The translations under genes and the position numbers were made by a program. A stretch of 64,000 bases of DNA from Chloroflexota bacterium (GTDB lineage Bacteria; Chloroflexota; Limnocylindria; Limnocylindrales; CSP1-4): the NCBI GenBank assembly GCA_044506615.1, contig JBIQKJ010000005.1:67344-131343 (forward strand), in the 5' to 3' direction. Below, one piece after another: positions 19,107 through 29,188 of this stretch. Under the pieces are notes generated by a model, which did no database searches, was not told where the DNA came from, and saw only the letters and a program-made list of their open reading frames with translations. Numbering within the stretch: position 1 is the first letter of the stretch; each line of letters starts with the position of its first letter.

Positions 19107-19868
19107 ATGAAGGGGATCGTGCTCGCAGGCGGAACGGCGACCCGCCTCTTCCCGCTGACGATCGTGACCAACAAGCACCTGCTGCCGATCTACGACCGGC
19201 CGATGATCTACTACCCGATCGAGACGCTTGCCGGCATGGGCATCAGCGAGGTGCTCGTCGTCGTGGGCGGCAAGAGCGTCGGCGACGTCGTCGAGCTGCT
19301 CGCCGACGGCTCGCATTTCGGGCTCGATCTCACGTACCGCTATCAGCGGGGCGCGCTCGGGATCGCCCACGCGATCGGGCTCGCCCGGCGATGGGTCGGG
19401 GACGCGCCGTTCTGCGTCGTGCTCGGGGACAACATCCTGCGCGGGCCCGAGCTGGCCGACGTCGCGGCCGAGTTCGAGTCGGGGCCGTGGGGCGCGGGCA
19501 CGCTCCTCTACCGCGTGCCCGACCCGGAACGCTTCGGCGTGGCCGAGCTGGACGCCGAGGGCAGGGTCGTCGGCTTCGAGGAAAAGCCGGCGGTTCCGAA
19601 GTCCGACCTGATCCCGATCGGCGTGTACTTCCTCCGTCCCGATGCCTTCGACGTCATCGGCCGGCTCGCGCCGTCGGGTCGCGGCGAGTTCGAGATCACC
19701 GACGTCCTCAACCACTACGTCCGGGACGGGCGGCTCTTCAGCCGCGTCTACGACGGCCACTGGACCGACGCCGGGACGGTGCCGAGCCTCCTGCGCGCCG
19801 CTCAGCTCGCCGCGGACGACGACGCCGACGGCCGGCTGACCCGCCCACGCCAGCGACCGACCGAATGA
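19107..19868 (+). CDS. rmlA: Glucose-1-phosphate thymidylyltransferase-like sugar nucleotidyltransferase (short RmlA-type)
   Basis: MKGIVLAGGTATRLFPLT...K motif; stop overlaps rmlB start. Confidence 0.75.
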   Translation: MKGIVLAGGTATRLFPLTIVTNKHLLPIYDRPMIYYPIETLAGMGISEVLVVVGGKSVGDVVELLADGSHFGLDLTYRYQRGALGIAHAIGLARRWVGDAPFCVVLGDNILRGPELADVAAEFESGPWGAGTLLYRVPDPERFGVAELDAEGRVVGFEEKPAVPKSDLIPIGVYFLRPDAFDVIGRLAPSGRGEFEITDVLNHYVRDGRLFSRVYDGHWTDAGTVPSLLRAAQLAADDDADGRLTRPRQRPTE

Positions 19869-20968
19869 CCGGCGCCCACCACTTCGAGCACATCCTCGTC
19901 ACCGGCGGCGCCGGCTTCATCGGCTCTGCCTACGTCCGGGACGTCCTGGCGCGACGCGACGGGACCCGCATCACGGTCCTCGACAAGCTGACCTACGCCG
20001 GCAACGAGGCCAACCTGGGGCCGGCCCACGCGGACCCGGAGCAGGTCGCCCGGCTGCGGTTCGTCCGGGGCGACATCGCCGACCCTGAGATCGTCGCCCC
20101 GCTCGTCGCCGACGCCGATGCGATCGTCAACTTCGCAGCCGAATCGCACGTCGACCGCTCGATCCTCGATCCCGAGGCATTCCTCCGGACCGACGTGATC
20201 GGGGTCCACGTGCTGCTCGAGGCGTGCCGGCGCGAGGCGGAACGCGCCGCCCGGGGGGAGCGAGCGGCCGCCCCGCGCTTTCTCCAGGTCTCGACCGACG
20301 AGGTCTACGGCTCGGTCGAGCAGGGTGAGTCGACCGAGGCCGACCGGCTCGCGCCGCGCTCGCCCTACGCCGCCGCGAAGGCCGGCGGCGAGCTGCTCGC
20401 GCGGAGCTACCACGTGACGTACGGGCTCGACGTCGTCGTCACCCGGGGCTCGAACACGTACGGGCCGTACCACCACCCCGAGAAGCTCATCCCGCTGTTC
20501 GTTACGAACGCGCTCGACGACCGGCCGCTGCCGCTCTACGGCGACGGCCTGCAGCGGCGTGACTGGCTGTTCGTGTCGGACCACGCGGCCGCGGTCGACT
20601 TCGTGCTGCGAAACGGCGCGGCAGGGGAGACCTACAACGTGCCGGGTGGCACCGAGATGGCGAACCGCGACACGGTGGCGCTGCTGCTCGAGCTGCTCGG
20701 CAAGCCCTGGTCGCTCGTGCGGTACGTCGAGGACCGGCCGGGGCACGACCGGCGCTACGCGATGGACGGCGCGAAGCTGCGCGCGCTCGGCTGGGAGCCG
20801 TCGATGCCCTTCCACGAGGGCCTGGCCGCGACCGTCGCGTGGTACCGCGACAACGAGGCGTGGTGGCGGGCGGCGCGGTCGGGCGACTGGGATGCCTACT
20901 ACGAGCGCCAGTACGGCCGGCGGCTGCGCGAGGCGGAGACGGCGGCGAGCGCCACCGGAGAGAGCTGA
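19865..20968 (+). CDS. rmlB: dTDP-glucose 4,6-dehydratase
   Basis: ILVTGGAGFIGSAYVR..., YxxxK SDR extended family, ...PGHDRRYAMD... Confidence 0.9.
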   Translation: MTGAHHFEHILVTGGAGFIGSAYVRDVLARRDGTRITVLDKLTYAGNEANLGPAHADPEQVARLRFVRGDIADPEIVAPLVADADAIVNFAAESHVDRSILDPEAFLRTDVIGVHVLLEACRREAERAARGERAAAPRFLQVSTDEVYGSVEQGESTEADRLAPRSPYAAAKAGGELLARSYHVTYGLDVVVTRGSNTYGPYHHPEKLIPLFVTNALDDRPLPLYGDGLQRRDWLFVSDHAAAVDFVLRNGAAGETYNVPGGTEMANRDTVALLLELLGKPWSLVRYVEDRPGHDRRYAMDGAKLRALGWEPSMPFHEGLAATVAWYRDNEAWWRAARSGDWDAYYERQYGRRLREAETAASATGES

Positions 20969-20971
20969 GCC

Positions 20972-21895
20972 GTGCGGGTGGCTGTGACCGGCGCGAAGGG
21001 CCGGCTCGGGCGGGCCCTCGTCGGGGCGTTCGAGGAGGCTCCGTACACGGGGCCCTTCGGGCCGATCGCATGGGACCGGTCTGCCTTCGACCTCGACGCG
21101 CCAGACGCGATCGGCGCCCGTCTCGATGCGGACCGCCCCGAGGTCGTCGTCCATGCCGCGGCCTGGACCGACGTCGACGGCTGCGCCCGCGACCCCGAGC
21201 TCGCCATGACCCGCAACGCGACCGCGACCGGTGTGCTCGCGACGGCCTGCGCCGAGCGGGGGATCGACCTCGTCGTTGTCTCGACCAACGAGGTCTTCGA
21301 CGGCCGGCGGACCGATGGCTCCGGGTACACGCCCGACGACGAGCCGAACCCGATCAACCCGTACGGCGCCTCGAAGCTGGCCGGCGAGCGCGCGGCGGCC
21401 GACGCGTACGACCGCGCCGCGGCCGGCGCCCGGCTCGCGATCGTTCGGACGGCGTGGCTGTTCGGGCCGGGCAAGCCGGACTTCCCGACGAAGATCCTCG
21501 CCGCGGCGACGCGCGCTGCCGAAGCCCGCGAGCCGCTCCGCGTCGTCGGCGACGAGTGGGGGACCCCGACCTACGTCGCCGACCTGGCCGACGGGATCGC
21601 CGAGCTCCTCGCCGAGCCCGACGTCGGCGGCGTGCACCACGTCGTCAACGGGCTGTTCGCGAGGCGGTCCGACTGGGCGCGCTACGTCGTCGGTCGAGCC
21701 CAGCTCGACGTCGAGGTCGTCGACGTGCCGGCCTCGACCTGGGAGCGCGCCTCGACGCCGCCCCGATGGGGCGTGCTCGAGCCGACCCCGCTGCCGTCCG
21801 GCGAGCCGCTCCGTTCCTGGCCGGACGCCATGGCCGACTACGCGCCGATCCTGCTGCGCGAGGCCGGCGTCGGCGCCAAGGGACGGCGAAGATGA
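20972..21895 (+). CDS. rmlD: dTDP-4-dehydrorhamnose reductase
   Basis: GTG 20972; MRVAVTGAKGRLG..., RmlD-like throughout. Confidence 0.85.
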   Translation: MRVAVTGAKGRLGRALVGAFEEAPYTGPFGPIAWDRSAFDLDAPDAIGARLDADRPEVVVHAAAWTDVDGCARDPELAMTRNATATGVLATACAERGIDLVVVSTNEVFDGRRTDGSGYTPDDEPNPINPYGASKLAGERAAADAYDRAAAGARLAIVRTAWLFGPGKPDFPTKILAAATRAAEAREPLRVVGDEWGTPTYVADLADGIAELLAEPDVGGVHHVVNGLFARRSDWARYVVGRAQLDVEVVDVPASTWERASTPPRWGVLEPTPLPSGEPLRSWPDAMADYAPILLREAGVGAKGRRR

Positions 21896-22437
21896 CGACG
21901 CGGCACGAACCCTCGCGGCTGCCGGGTGTCGCGTGGGGCGCGGTCGAGCGCCACGCCGACGAGCGGGGCGCCTTCCGCGAGCTCTGGCGCCACAGCGTCC
22001 TGCCCGAGCCGTTCGTGCAGGCGAACGTGTCGACGTCGGCGCAGGGCGTGCTCCGCGGTCTCCACCTCCATCGCCGCCAGGCGGACCACTGGATCGTGCT
22101 GACGGGGCGCGCGTTCGTTGCCCTCGTCGATGCCCGGCCGCTCCTCGAGGGGACGGGCGATCGGCCGCTGGTCGAGACCCGCGAGCTCGAGGCCGATGGC
22201 ACCGTCACGATCCCGGCGGGCGTCGCCCACGGCTTCCTCGCGCTCGAGCCGCTCGAGCTCCTGTACCTCGTGACCAACGAGTACGACGGATCGGACGAGC
22301 TGGGCTTCGCCTGGGACGACCCCGCGGTCGGCGTCCCGTGGCCGCGCGTGCCGGGCACCGCGGAGGGTCTCCCCATCCTGTCGATTCGGGATCGCTCGAA
22401 CCCCTCGCTCGCGGAGCTCGTCGCGAGCCTTCGCTGA
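21892..22437 (+). CDS. rmlC: dTDP-4-dehydrorhamnose 3,5-epimerase (cupin)
   Basis: ATGA overlap with rmlD; RGLHLHRRQADHWIV..., 181 aa. Confidence 0.85.
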   Translation: MTTRHEPSRLPGVAWGAVERHADERGAFRELWRHSVLPEPFVQANVSTSAQGVLRGLHLHRRQADHWIVLTGRAFVALVDARPLLEGTGDRPLVETRELEADGTVTIPAGVAHGFLALEPLELLYLVTNEYDGSDELGFAWDDPAVGVPWPRVPGTAEGLPILSIRDRSNPSLAELVASLR

Positions 22438-22639
22438 CCCTGTGACGGGCGCCGTGCGCGGTGCCTCCCGGAAACCGCGCGAGGCCCCCGGACCCCACCG
22501 CTCCGCGCGATTCCGTACTCGGGTCGCGCTGAACGGGCTACCTGATCCCTGACCATCCCGCGATTGAGCCGCCAACGCGCTCGCGGGAGGCTCTGCGTGC
22601 ACTTATCCAGCACCCGGTCCTCATCCCGCGGAGCCCGCA

Positions 22640-24922
22640 TTGCGCAAGACCGTCGTCGTTCTCGCCTTCACGCTCGTCGCTGCCCTCGGCGCGTTCGTCC
22701 CTGCCCGCGCGGCAGCGTACGTGTCGGACGCCAAGGTCGTGATCATCGTAGGCGCCGTCCACGGCGCGACAGACGAGTACCGCCGGCGCGGCGACGCCGC
22801 CGCGGCCGTCGCGGACGATTACACCCCCAACGTCGTCAAGGTCTACAGCCCGAACGCGACATGGAAGAAGGTCAAGGCTGCGACCGCGGGCGCGAACATC
22901 GTCATCTACATGGGTCACGGCAACGGCTGGCCGAGCCCGTACGCGTACGACCCGAACTACACGACCAAGGACGGCTTCGGGCTCAACGCGACGTCCGGTG
23001 ACGGTGACTACAACAACAGGTACTACGGCGAGCCCTACGTCGAGCAACTCGACCTCGCGCCGAACGCGATCGTCCTGCTCCACCACCTCTGCTACGCCTC
23101 GGGCAACAGCGAGCCCGGCGACGCCGAGCCGACGGTCACCCGGGCGAAGAAGCGCGTCGAGAACTACGCCGCCGGGTTCCTGCGGTCGCCGGCCCGGGCC
23201 GTCATCGCCGATGGCCACATGGGCGCCGCGAACTACCTGCGCGCGCTGTTCACCACGAACCAGACGATCCTCTCGATGTGGCGGGGCATGCCGAACGCCA
23301 ACGGCAACGAGTTCAGCTTCGCCTCGGGCCGGAACAGCGGGTTCACCGCCTACATGGACCCGGACTCGGCGACGAAGGGCTTCTACCGCTCGCTCGTGAC
23401 GAAGCCGACGATCACGACGTCGCAGGTGACCGGCACAGTGGCTGCGACCGACGGCGTGCCCTCGACCTTCACGGTGCCCGGTCGCGCCGAGGTGATCGGC
23501 GACGGGGCCGAGCTGCTCGACTCGACGGGCCAGCCGCTCGGAACGACGCTGTCGACCGGGACTCGCCTCGCCGTCGTCGACAACCCCCTCGCGAGCGCCG
23601 GCGATGGCACCGGTCTGCTGCAGGTTGCGGGGCTCGACGACACCGGCATCACCGGCTACGTCCGCGTCGACGAGCTGGCCCCGCGCGACAGCACCGCGCC
23701 GATCGTGCTCGCCGCGGCAGCCTCGGCCGGCGCGATCTCACCGAACGGCGACGGCAAGGCCGACGAAACGACGGTGAGCGCCTCGTTCACCGAGTCGGTC
23801 GAGTGGCGGGTCACCTTCCGCAACGGGTCCGGTGCGGTCGTGGGGACGCGAAGCGGCTCGGGTCGCGACGCGGCGGCCGCGTGGGACGGGCTCGACGGCG
23901 GGACCGCGCTCCCCGACGGCGCCTACACGTACGAGATCCAGGGCACCGACGCCTGGGAGAACACCGGCTCGAAGAAGACCGGCACGATTCGGATCGACAC
24001 GACCGGCCCGACGCTGTCCGGGATGCCGGCCGACGGCGACCCCGTCCCGTGGTTCGCCCCGAACGGCGACGGGTACCGGGACACGGTGTCGGTGGGCGGC
24101 TCGGTCTCCGAGGCCGGCGACCTCGTCCTTCGCGTTCGCGACGCGTCCAACGCGGTGATCCGGAGCCAGACGGTCAAGGTGTCCAAGGCCGGCCCCTTCA
24201 CGCTCACCTGGGACGGGCGGACGGACGAAGGCACCGCCGCCACGGACGGCCGGTACGCCCTCCAGGTCACGCCGCGCGACGCGGTCTGGAACTCGGGCGC
24301 GTCGGCGACCGCGCCGGCCACGCTCGTCAACCTCGTCGGGCACGTGGCGGCCAGCAAGTCGCTCATCTACCCGCAGGACCGCGACGGTCTGGTCGACGGC
24401 ACCACGCTGTCGTTCCGCCTCGACCGCGAGGCGACGGTCACCTGGACGATCCGCAACGCCAAGGGCACGGTCGTCGACACGCTGCTGGACGGCGAGGTCC
24501 TGCCGGCCGGCACGCACAAGCGCGGGTTCTACGGCAAGCGCCTCGACGGCACGATGCTGCCGGTCGGCGTCTATCGCTCGGTCCTCCAGGTGAGCGACGG
24601 CACGCTGTCGGCGAGCCAGAGCGCGACGTTCGAGATGAACGCGTTCCGCGTCTCGGTCTCCGACACGACGCCGCGACGCGGCCAGAAGATCACGGTGACG
24701 GTCGTCTCGGCCGAACCGCTCGCCGACCGGCCGCGGCTCTACGTGACGCAGCCCGGCAAGGCGACGTACTCGTTCCGCATGAAGACCGTCGCGACCCGGA
24801 CCTACCGGACGACGTTCATGGTCAAGACCGGCGGCAAGGCCGGCACGCTGACGCTCCTCGTCAAGCAGAAGGACACGGGCGGGGGCCGGAACAGCAGCCA
24901 GCTCAAGCTCAAGCTGTCCTGA
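22640..24922 (+). CDS. Secreted multidomain protein: signal peptide, N-terminal ~250-aa domain with caspase-like His/Cys dyad pattern (inferred), three FlgD-Ig-like repeats, C-terminal beta-rich region
   Basis: TTG 22640 then RKTVVVLAFTLVAALGAFVPARAAA signal; IVIYMGHGNGW and LLHHLCYASGNSE strands; repeated SPNGDGxxD...WDG...DGxYxY modules. Confidence 0.7.
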   Translation: MRKTVVVLAFTLVAALGAFVPARAAAYVSDAKVVIIVGAVHGATDEYRRRGDAAAAVADDYTPNVVKVYSPNATWKKVKAATAGANIVIYMGHGNGWPSPYAYDPNYTTKDGFGLNATSGDGDYNNRYYGEPYVEQLDLAPNAIVLLHHLCYASGNSEPGDAEPTVTRAKKRVENYAAGFLRSPARAVIADGHMGAANYLRALFTTNQTILSMWRGMPNANGNEFSFASGRNSGFTAYMDPDSATKGFYRSLVTKPTITTSQVTGTVAATDGVPSTFTVPGRAEVIGDGAELLDSTGQPLGTTLSTGTRLAVVDNPLASAGDGTGLLQVAGLDDTGITGYVRVDELAPRDSTAPIVLAAAASAGAISPNGDGKADETTVSASFTESVEWRVTFRNGSGAVVGTRSGSGRDAAAAWDGLDGGTALPDGAYTYEIQGTDAWENTGSKKTGTIRIDTTGPTLSGMPADGDPVPWFAPNGDGYRDTVSVGGSVSEAGDLVLRVRDASNAVIRSQTVKVSKAGPFTLTWDGRTDEGTAATDGRYALQVTPRDAVWNSGASATAPATLVNLVGHVAASKSLIYPQDRDGLVDGTTLSFRLDREATVTWTIRNAKGTVVDTLLDGEVLPAGTHKRGFYGKRLDGTMLPVGVYRSVLQVSDGTLSASQSATFEMNAFRVSVSDTTPRRGQKITVTVVSAEPLADRPRLYVTQPGKATYSFRMKTVATRTYRTTFMVKTGGKAGTLTLLVKQKDTGGGRNSSQLKLKLS

Positions 24923-24962
24923 CCGGCTGGCCGGTGCACCGGCGCCGCTACACTTGCCGGCG

Positions 24963-25775
24963 ATGACGACCACCCCTGACGCCCGTCCCGACGCGTCCGC
25001 GACGACCGCCGGCGCGGGCGCCGGGACGTGGGTCGTGCTGCCGACCTACAACGAGGCCGAGAACCTCCGCCCGATCTCGGAGGCGATCCTCGCGCAGCTG
25101 CCGGGCGCGACGCTCCTCGTCGTCGACGACAACTCGCCCGACGGCACCGGCACGATCGCCGACGGCCTGGGTGCCGCCGACCCGCGCATCCGGGTCAGGC
25201 ACCGGGCACAGAAGCAGGGCCTCGGCCGGGCGTATCTCGACGGCTTCGAGACCGCGCTCGACGCGGGCGCATCGGTCGTCGTCCAGATGGACGCCGACTT
25301 CAGCCACGACCCGGCCGTGCTGCCGGCGCTCATCGGGCCGGTCGAACGCGACGAGTGCGACATCGTCATCGGCTCGCGCTACGTCACGGGCGGCGGCGTC
25401 GTCGACTGGTCGATCTTCCGCCAGGCGATCTCGCGCGGCGGCAGCCTGTTCGCGAGGACCGTGCTCCGGCTCGCGCCGCACGACCTGACCGGCGGCTTCA
25501 AGGCGTGGCGCGCGAGCACGCTCCGGGACGTGCCGTTCGACGGCGTGCACGCGGGCGGCTACGTCTTCCAGATCGAGATGACCTACCGCGCAAGCCGCGC
25601 CGGCGCACGCGTCCGCGAGATCCCGATCGTCTTCCACGATCGGCGCGTCGGGCAGAGCAAGATGTCGCGGCGGATCGTCGCCGAGGCGCTGGTCGTCGTT
25701 GTCCAGCTCTGGCTCGAGGAGCAGCGGGCGCGGTTCCGCCGCGGTCCGCGCACCGGGGACGCCGGTCGCGGGTGA
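24963..25775 (+). CDS. GT2 family polyprenol/dolichol-phosphate mannose synthase-like glycosyltransferase
   Basis: VVLPTYNEAENL..., DDNSPDGT, QMDADFSHDP motifs. Confidence 0.8.
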   Translation: MTTTPDARPDASATTAGAGAGTWVVLPTYNEAENLRPISEAILAQLPGATLLVVDDNSPDGTGTIADGLGAADPRIRVRHRAQKQGLGRAYLDGFETALDAGASVVVQMDADFSHDPAVLPALIGPVERDECDIVIGSRYVTGGGVVDWSIFRQAISRGGSLFARTVLRLAPHDLTGGFKAWRASTLRDVPFDGVHAGGYVFQIEMTYRASRAGARVREIPIVFHDRRVGQSKMSRRIVAEALVVVVQLWLEEQRARFRRGPRTGDAGRG

Positions 25776-27091
25776 CCGACGCGTCCCTCCCGCTCGGCCG
25801 GTCCCCGACACCCGCGGCACGGCCGCCGGGCGTCCGGATCGTGCTCGACGCTCGCCCGCTCCAGGACCCGGAGCGCGCGCCGGTCACCTCGGCCTACCTC
25901 GAGGGGCTGCTCTCGGGCTTCGACGCGACGCCACTCCCCGGGGAGTCGTTCGCGCTGTTCCTGCAGTCCGACCTCGACGACCCGACCGAGCGGTTCGGGA
26001 GTCTCGAGGTCGTCGGGCGGCGGCTCCTGCCGCCGACCCGGCTGCTCCGCTCCGCCGCGATGACCGTCGATCCGTTCGTGCTCCGTGGTGCGTCGCTCGG
26101 AGCGGCGTGGCGGGCGGAGCGCGGGGGCGCGGCCGGCGCGGTCTACCACGCGGCCGGCGGCGCGCTCCCGATCGGGTCGGGGCTGCCGATCGTCGTGACG
26201 CTGCTCGACCTCGCGCCCTGGGAGCTGCCGGGAGCCTTCCAGCGAACGGTCGTCACCCGCTTCGGGCAGCGGCTGCGCGGCCAGCTGATGCGCGAGGCGA
26301 GCGCGGTCATCGTGGGGAGCGATGCGGCGGCGACGCTTGCCCGTCGGGTCCTCCGTGTCCGGCGTGATCGCATCCGGGTCGTGCCGTTCGCGCCCAGCGA
26401 GGCGTTCCGGGCTTCCGGCCCGGCCGCGCGAGATGAGGCCGCCGTCGAGCGCGCCGCCCGGGAGGACCGGCATCGGCTCGGCCTCCCTGACCGCTATTTC
26501 ATCTATGCCGGCCGGTACGACGCCCGCCACGACCTCGCGACGCTGCTCCAGGCGCTGGCCGATCTCGCCGCCGCCGGCCGGCCCGCGGCACTCCCCGAGG
26601 ACGTGCCATGGCCGCCGCGCGTGCTGCTCGTCGACGCCACGCCCGACGACCGGGCGGCGCTGGCCCGGGCCGCGGCACGGGTCGACGTCGGCGACGCGCT
26701 GGCCTACGCGCCACGGCTCTCCCCGGACCGACTCGCGGCGCTCGTCGCGGGGGCGCGCGCTGCGCTGCTCCCGGTGCTGTCCGAGGTGGCGGGCTTCGCC
26801 GCGATCGACGCGCTCGCGGCTGGGACGCCGGTCATCGCGTCGACGGTCGGGGCACTCCCCGAGCTGATCGCGGGGACCGGGATCCTCGTCGAGCCGCGCG
26901 ACCCGAGCCGGCTGGCCGTCGCGCTGCGGACGGCCTGGTCGGACGACGACGTGCATGCCCGGATCGCCGAAGCCGCGCGCGAGCGGGCCGCGGCGGATCG
27001 GCGGACATGGCGCGACGTCGCCGAGGAGACGCGCCGCGTCTACGCCGAGGTCGCGGGCGCGAGCGCTCCCGGGGTCAGCGGCACGCCCTGA
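25772..27091 (+). CDS. GT4 family (GT-B) glycosyltransferase
   Basis: GTG overlapping previous stop (GTGA); C-terminal SEVAGFAAIDALAAGTPVIAS...ELI motif. Confidence 0.75.
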   Translation: MTDASLPLGRSPTPAARPPGVRIVLDARPLQDPERAPVTSAYLEGLLSGFDATPLPGESFALFLQSDLDDPTERFGSLEVVGRRLLPPTRLLRSAAMTVDPFVLRGASLGAAWRAERGGAAGAVYHAAGGALPIGSGLPIVVTLLDLAPWELPGAFQRTVVTRFGQRLRGQLMREASAVIVGSDAAATLARRVLRVRRDRIRVVPFAPSEAFRASGPAARDEAAVERAAREDRHRLGLPDRYFIYAGRYDARHDLATLLQALADLAAAGRPAALPEDVPWPPRVLLVDATPDDRAALARAAARVDVGDALAYAPRLSPDRLAALVAGARAALLPVLSEVAGFAAIDALAAGTPVIASTVGALPELIAGTGILVEPRDPSRLAVALRTAWSDDDVHARIAEAARERAAADRRTWRDVAEETRRVYAEVAGASAPGVSGTP

Positions 27092-27100
27092 GCCGACCGA

Positions 27101-28297
27101 TCAGCCGCCCGGCGACGCGGTGGGTGCAGGCGAGGCGTCGGGCTCGGGGTCGGTGCCCGGGTCCCAGCCGATGGCCGTCCCGGTCGGCACCACCTGGACG
27201 AACGTCTGGCCCGCGGTCAGCGTGATCGGGTTGCCGTCGTTGTCGAAGAAGCGCGTCGGCCGGTTGAGGCCCTCCTTCTCCCACGTGCCGCGGATGCGGC
27301 GGCCGTTGGTGAAGATCCAGGCCTTGCCGTTCCCGACGTAGTCCGCCTCGAGCCGGTGCTTCGGCGAGCCGTCGTTGAGCGGCCCGAACCGCATGAACAC
27401 CACGACGACGTTCTTCGGAGCGACCCGTTCCCTGGTTCCGGCATCGACCTGCTTGCCCTCGACGCTGACCGACCGACGCCAGGTGTTCGATGCGCGGTGG
27501 TACTGGTACGAGACCCGGTTGTACGGATACCGGACGACGATCGAGCCGCCGCTCGGGCGTTCCGCCTCCGGCGCGTCGGGTGCGAACCGCCAGGCCGACC
27601 TGTAGTCGCCATCCTCCGCGCCCAGCCGATTCCCGAGCCGGCGCAGCTCCCGCCCACTGGTGTAGACGTTGTGCGGCGGGGCGCGGAACGTCACCCGGTG
27701 GAAGAAGCGGCCCTCCCAGCGGAAGACCTCGGCGTTGAATACGGACTTGCCGTTGCCGCGCCGGGCCAGAATCTCCTTCGCCTGCGGCGAGCCCCCCGCG
27801 TGTGCGTAGACGGCCTTCCACTCGGCGGCCCACGCGATGTAGTAGAGCCGGGCGCTGCGGACGGGACCGATCTGCTCGGGCAGCGTGTCCTGGAAGATCG
27901 CCATGTAGCGCGGGATGCCGCCCTCCGCCGGCGCGTGCCACACGACGCTCGCTTCGCTCAGCCCCGACTGCGGCCGTGCCGGGCTGAGGTCGTCGATCAT
28001 CACGGCGATCGGGTGACGGCGGGCCACAGCGGGTGACACGGGCAGCCCGGTCAGGGGAGCGGCGACGGTCGTCGGGGTCGGCGTGGGCGAGGGGGTCGGC
28101 GTCGGGGAGGGTGTCGGCGTTGCCGACGGCGTGGGGGATGGCAGCGAGACGATCGGCGTCGGGGTGGGCGTGGGCGATGCGACGGCCACCGGGGACTGGC
28201 TCGCGCCCGGGCCGGGTGAGCTTGCGGCGATGACGCCGATGACGACGCCGATGGCGACGGCCGCGACGACCGCGGCGAGGACAACGGGCCGCTTCAT
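27101..28297 (-). CDS. DUF3048-like secreted/anchored protein with signal anchor and Pro/Thr/Ser-rich linker
   Basis: MKRPVVLAAVVAAVAIGVVIGVIA then (PTPSPT)n linker then conserved domain; start chosen at the Met preceding the TM segment. Confidence 0.6.
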   Translation of the reverse strand: MKRPVVLAAVVAAVAIGVVIGVIAASSPGPGASQSPVAVASPTPTPTPIVSLPSPTPSATPTPSPTPTPSPTPTPTTVAAPLTGLPVSPAVARRHPIAVMIDDLSPARPQSGLSEASVVWHAPAEGGIPRYMAIFQDTLPEQIGPVRSARLYYIAWAAEWKAVYAHAGGSPQAKEILARRGNGKSVFNAEVFRWEGRFFHRVTFRAPPHNVYTSGRELRRLGNRLGAEDGDYRSAWRFAPDAPEAERPSGGSIVVRYPYNRVSYQYHRASNTWRRSVSVEGKQVDAGTRERVAPKNVVVVFMRFGPLNDGSPKHRLEADYVGNGKAWIFTNGRRIRGTWEKEGLNRPTRFFDNDGNPITLTAGQTFVQVVPTGTAIGWDPGTDPEPDASPAPTASPGG

Positions 28298-28530
28298 GCT
28301 GCGGTATCCATGTGCGTGCGTTCCCCTCGGTGCGGCGTCGATCCCGGTTCCCCGCGGCCGGAATGCGCCGCCTGGAATGCCGCGCGCAGGATACAGCGCA
28401 CGGCGTCGGCTCGTGTGGGGCGGCGTCGATCGGCCGGTCGTCGAGACGAGCCCGTACGGTGGTTCGACGCGCGCGGTACGCTGCGTGTTGCGACGAGCCC
28501 GTGATTGCCCGCACCATCGAGGACCCAGCC

Positions 28531-29184
28531 ATGGCCGACACGCACGCAGGGGACGAGAAGCCCACGGAGTCGCCGAGCGACACGAGCGCTGCGACCGAGG
28601 ACGCGGCGACCGGTAACCCGCCTGAGGGGATCGCGCCGGCCAAGCCCCGCCGCGCGCGTGCCTCGGGCAAGCCGAAGGCCCAGTCCACGGGCGGCGCGAC
28701 GGCGGCCGAAGCACGGCAGCGACCGTCGGCGACTCCTGCCGAGGAGGTTCGCGACGTTCGGGGCGAGGTCCTCGTCGTGCACCAGGGCGGCGTCAACGCC
28801 GCCGACGCCCGTCAGATCGACCTCCGCCAGGGCGGCATCGGGCGGGCAACGGCCGACGACATCGCGGTCAGCCAGGGCGGCATCGGGATGGCCCGCGGGG
28901 ATCGGGTCTCGCTGGAGCTCGGCGGGATGGGGCTCGGGCTGGCCGGGGACCTGCGGGTCACGCAGGGCTTCGCCCGCACTGTCTTCGCGGGCAACGCCCG
29001 CATCGAGCAGGGTCTCGCCCGGACCGTCGTCGCCGGCCAGGCGACCCTCGACCGCAACGTCGGCGTGTTCATGCTGATCGCCGGGCGCGTCGAGGGGAAC
29101 GTGCGCACGGTGCTCGACTGGCGGGGTGCGCTGGCATTCGGCGCCGCGCTCGGCCTCGTCATCGGCCTCCTGCGGCGGCGCTGA
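28531..29184 (+). CDS. Hypothetical protein with Gly-rich beta-repeat region (QGGIG repeats) and C-terminal TM helix
   Basis: ATG 28531; no family assignable. Confidence 0.5.
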   Translation: MADTHAGDEKPTESPSDTSAATEDAATGNPPEGIAPAKPRRARASGKPKAQSTGGATAAEARQRPSATPAEEVRDVRGEVLVVHQGGVNAADARQIDLRQGGIGRATADDIAVSQGGIGMARGDRVSLELGGMGLGLAGDLRVTQGFARTVFAGNARIEQGLARTVVAGQATLDRNVGVFMLIAGRVEGNVRTVLDWRGALAFGAALGLVIGLLRRR

Positions 29185-29188
29185 ATCG

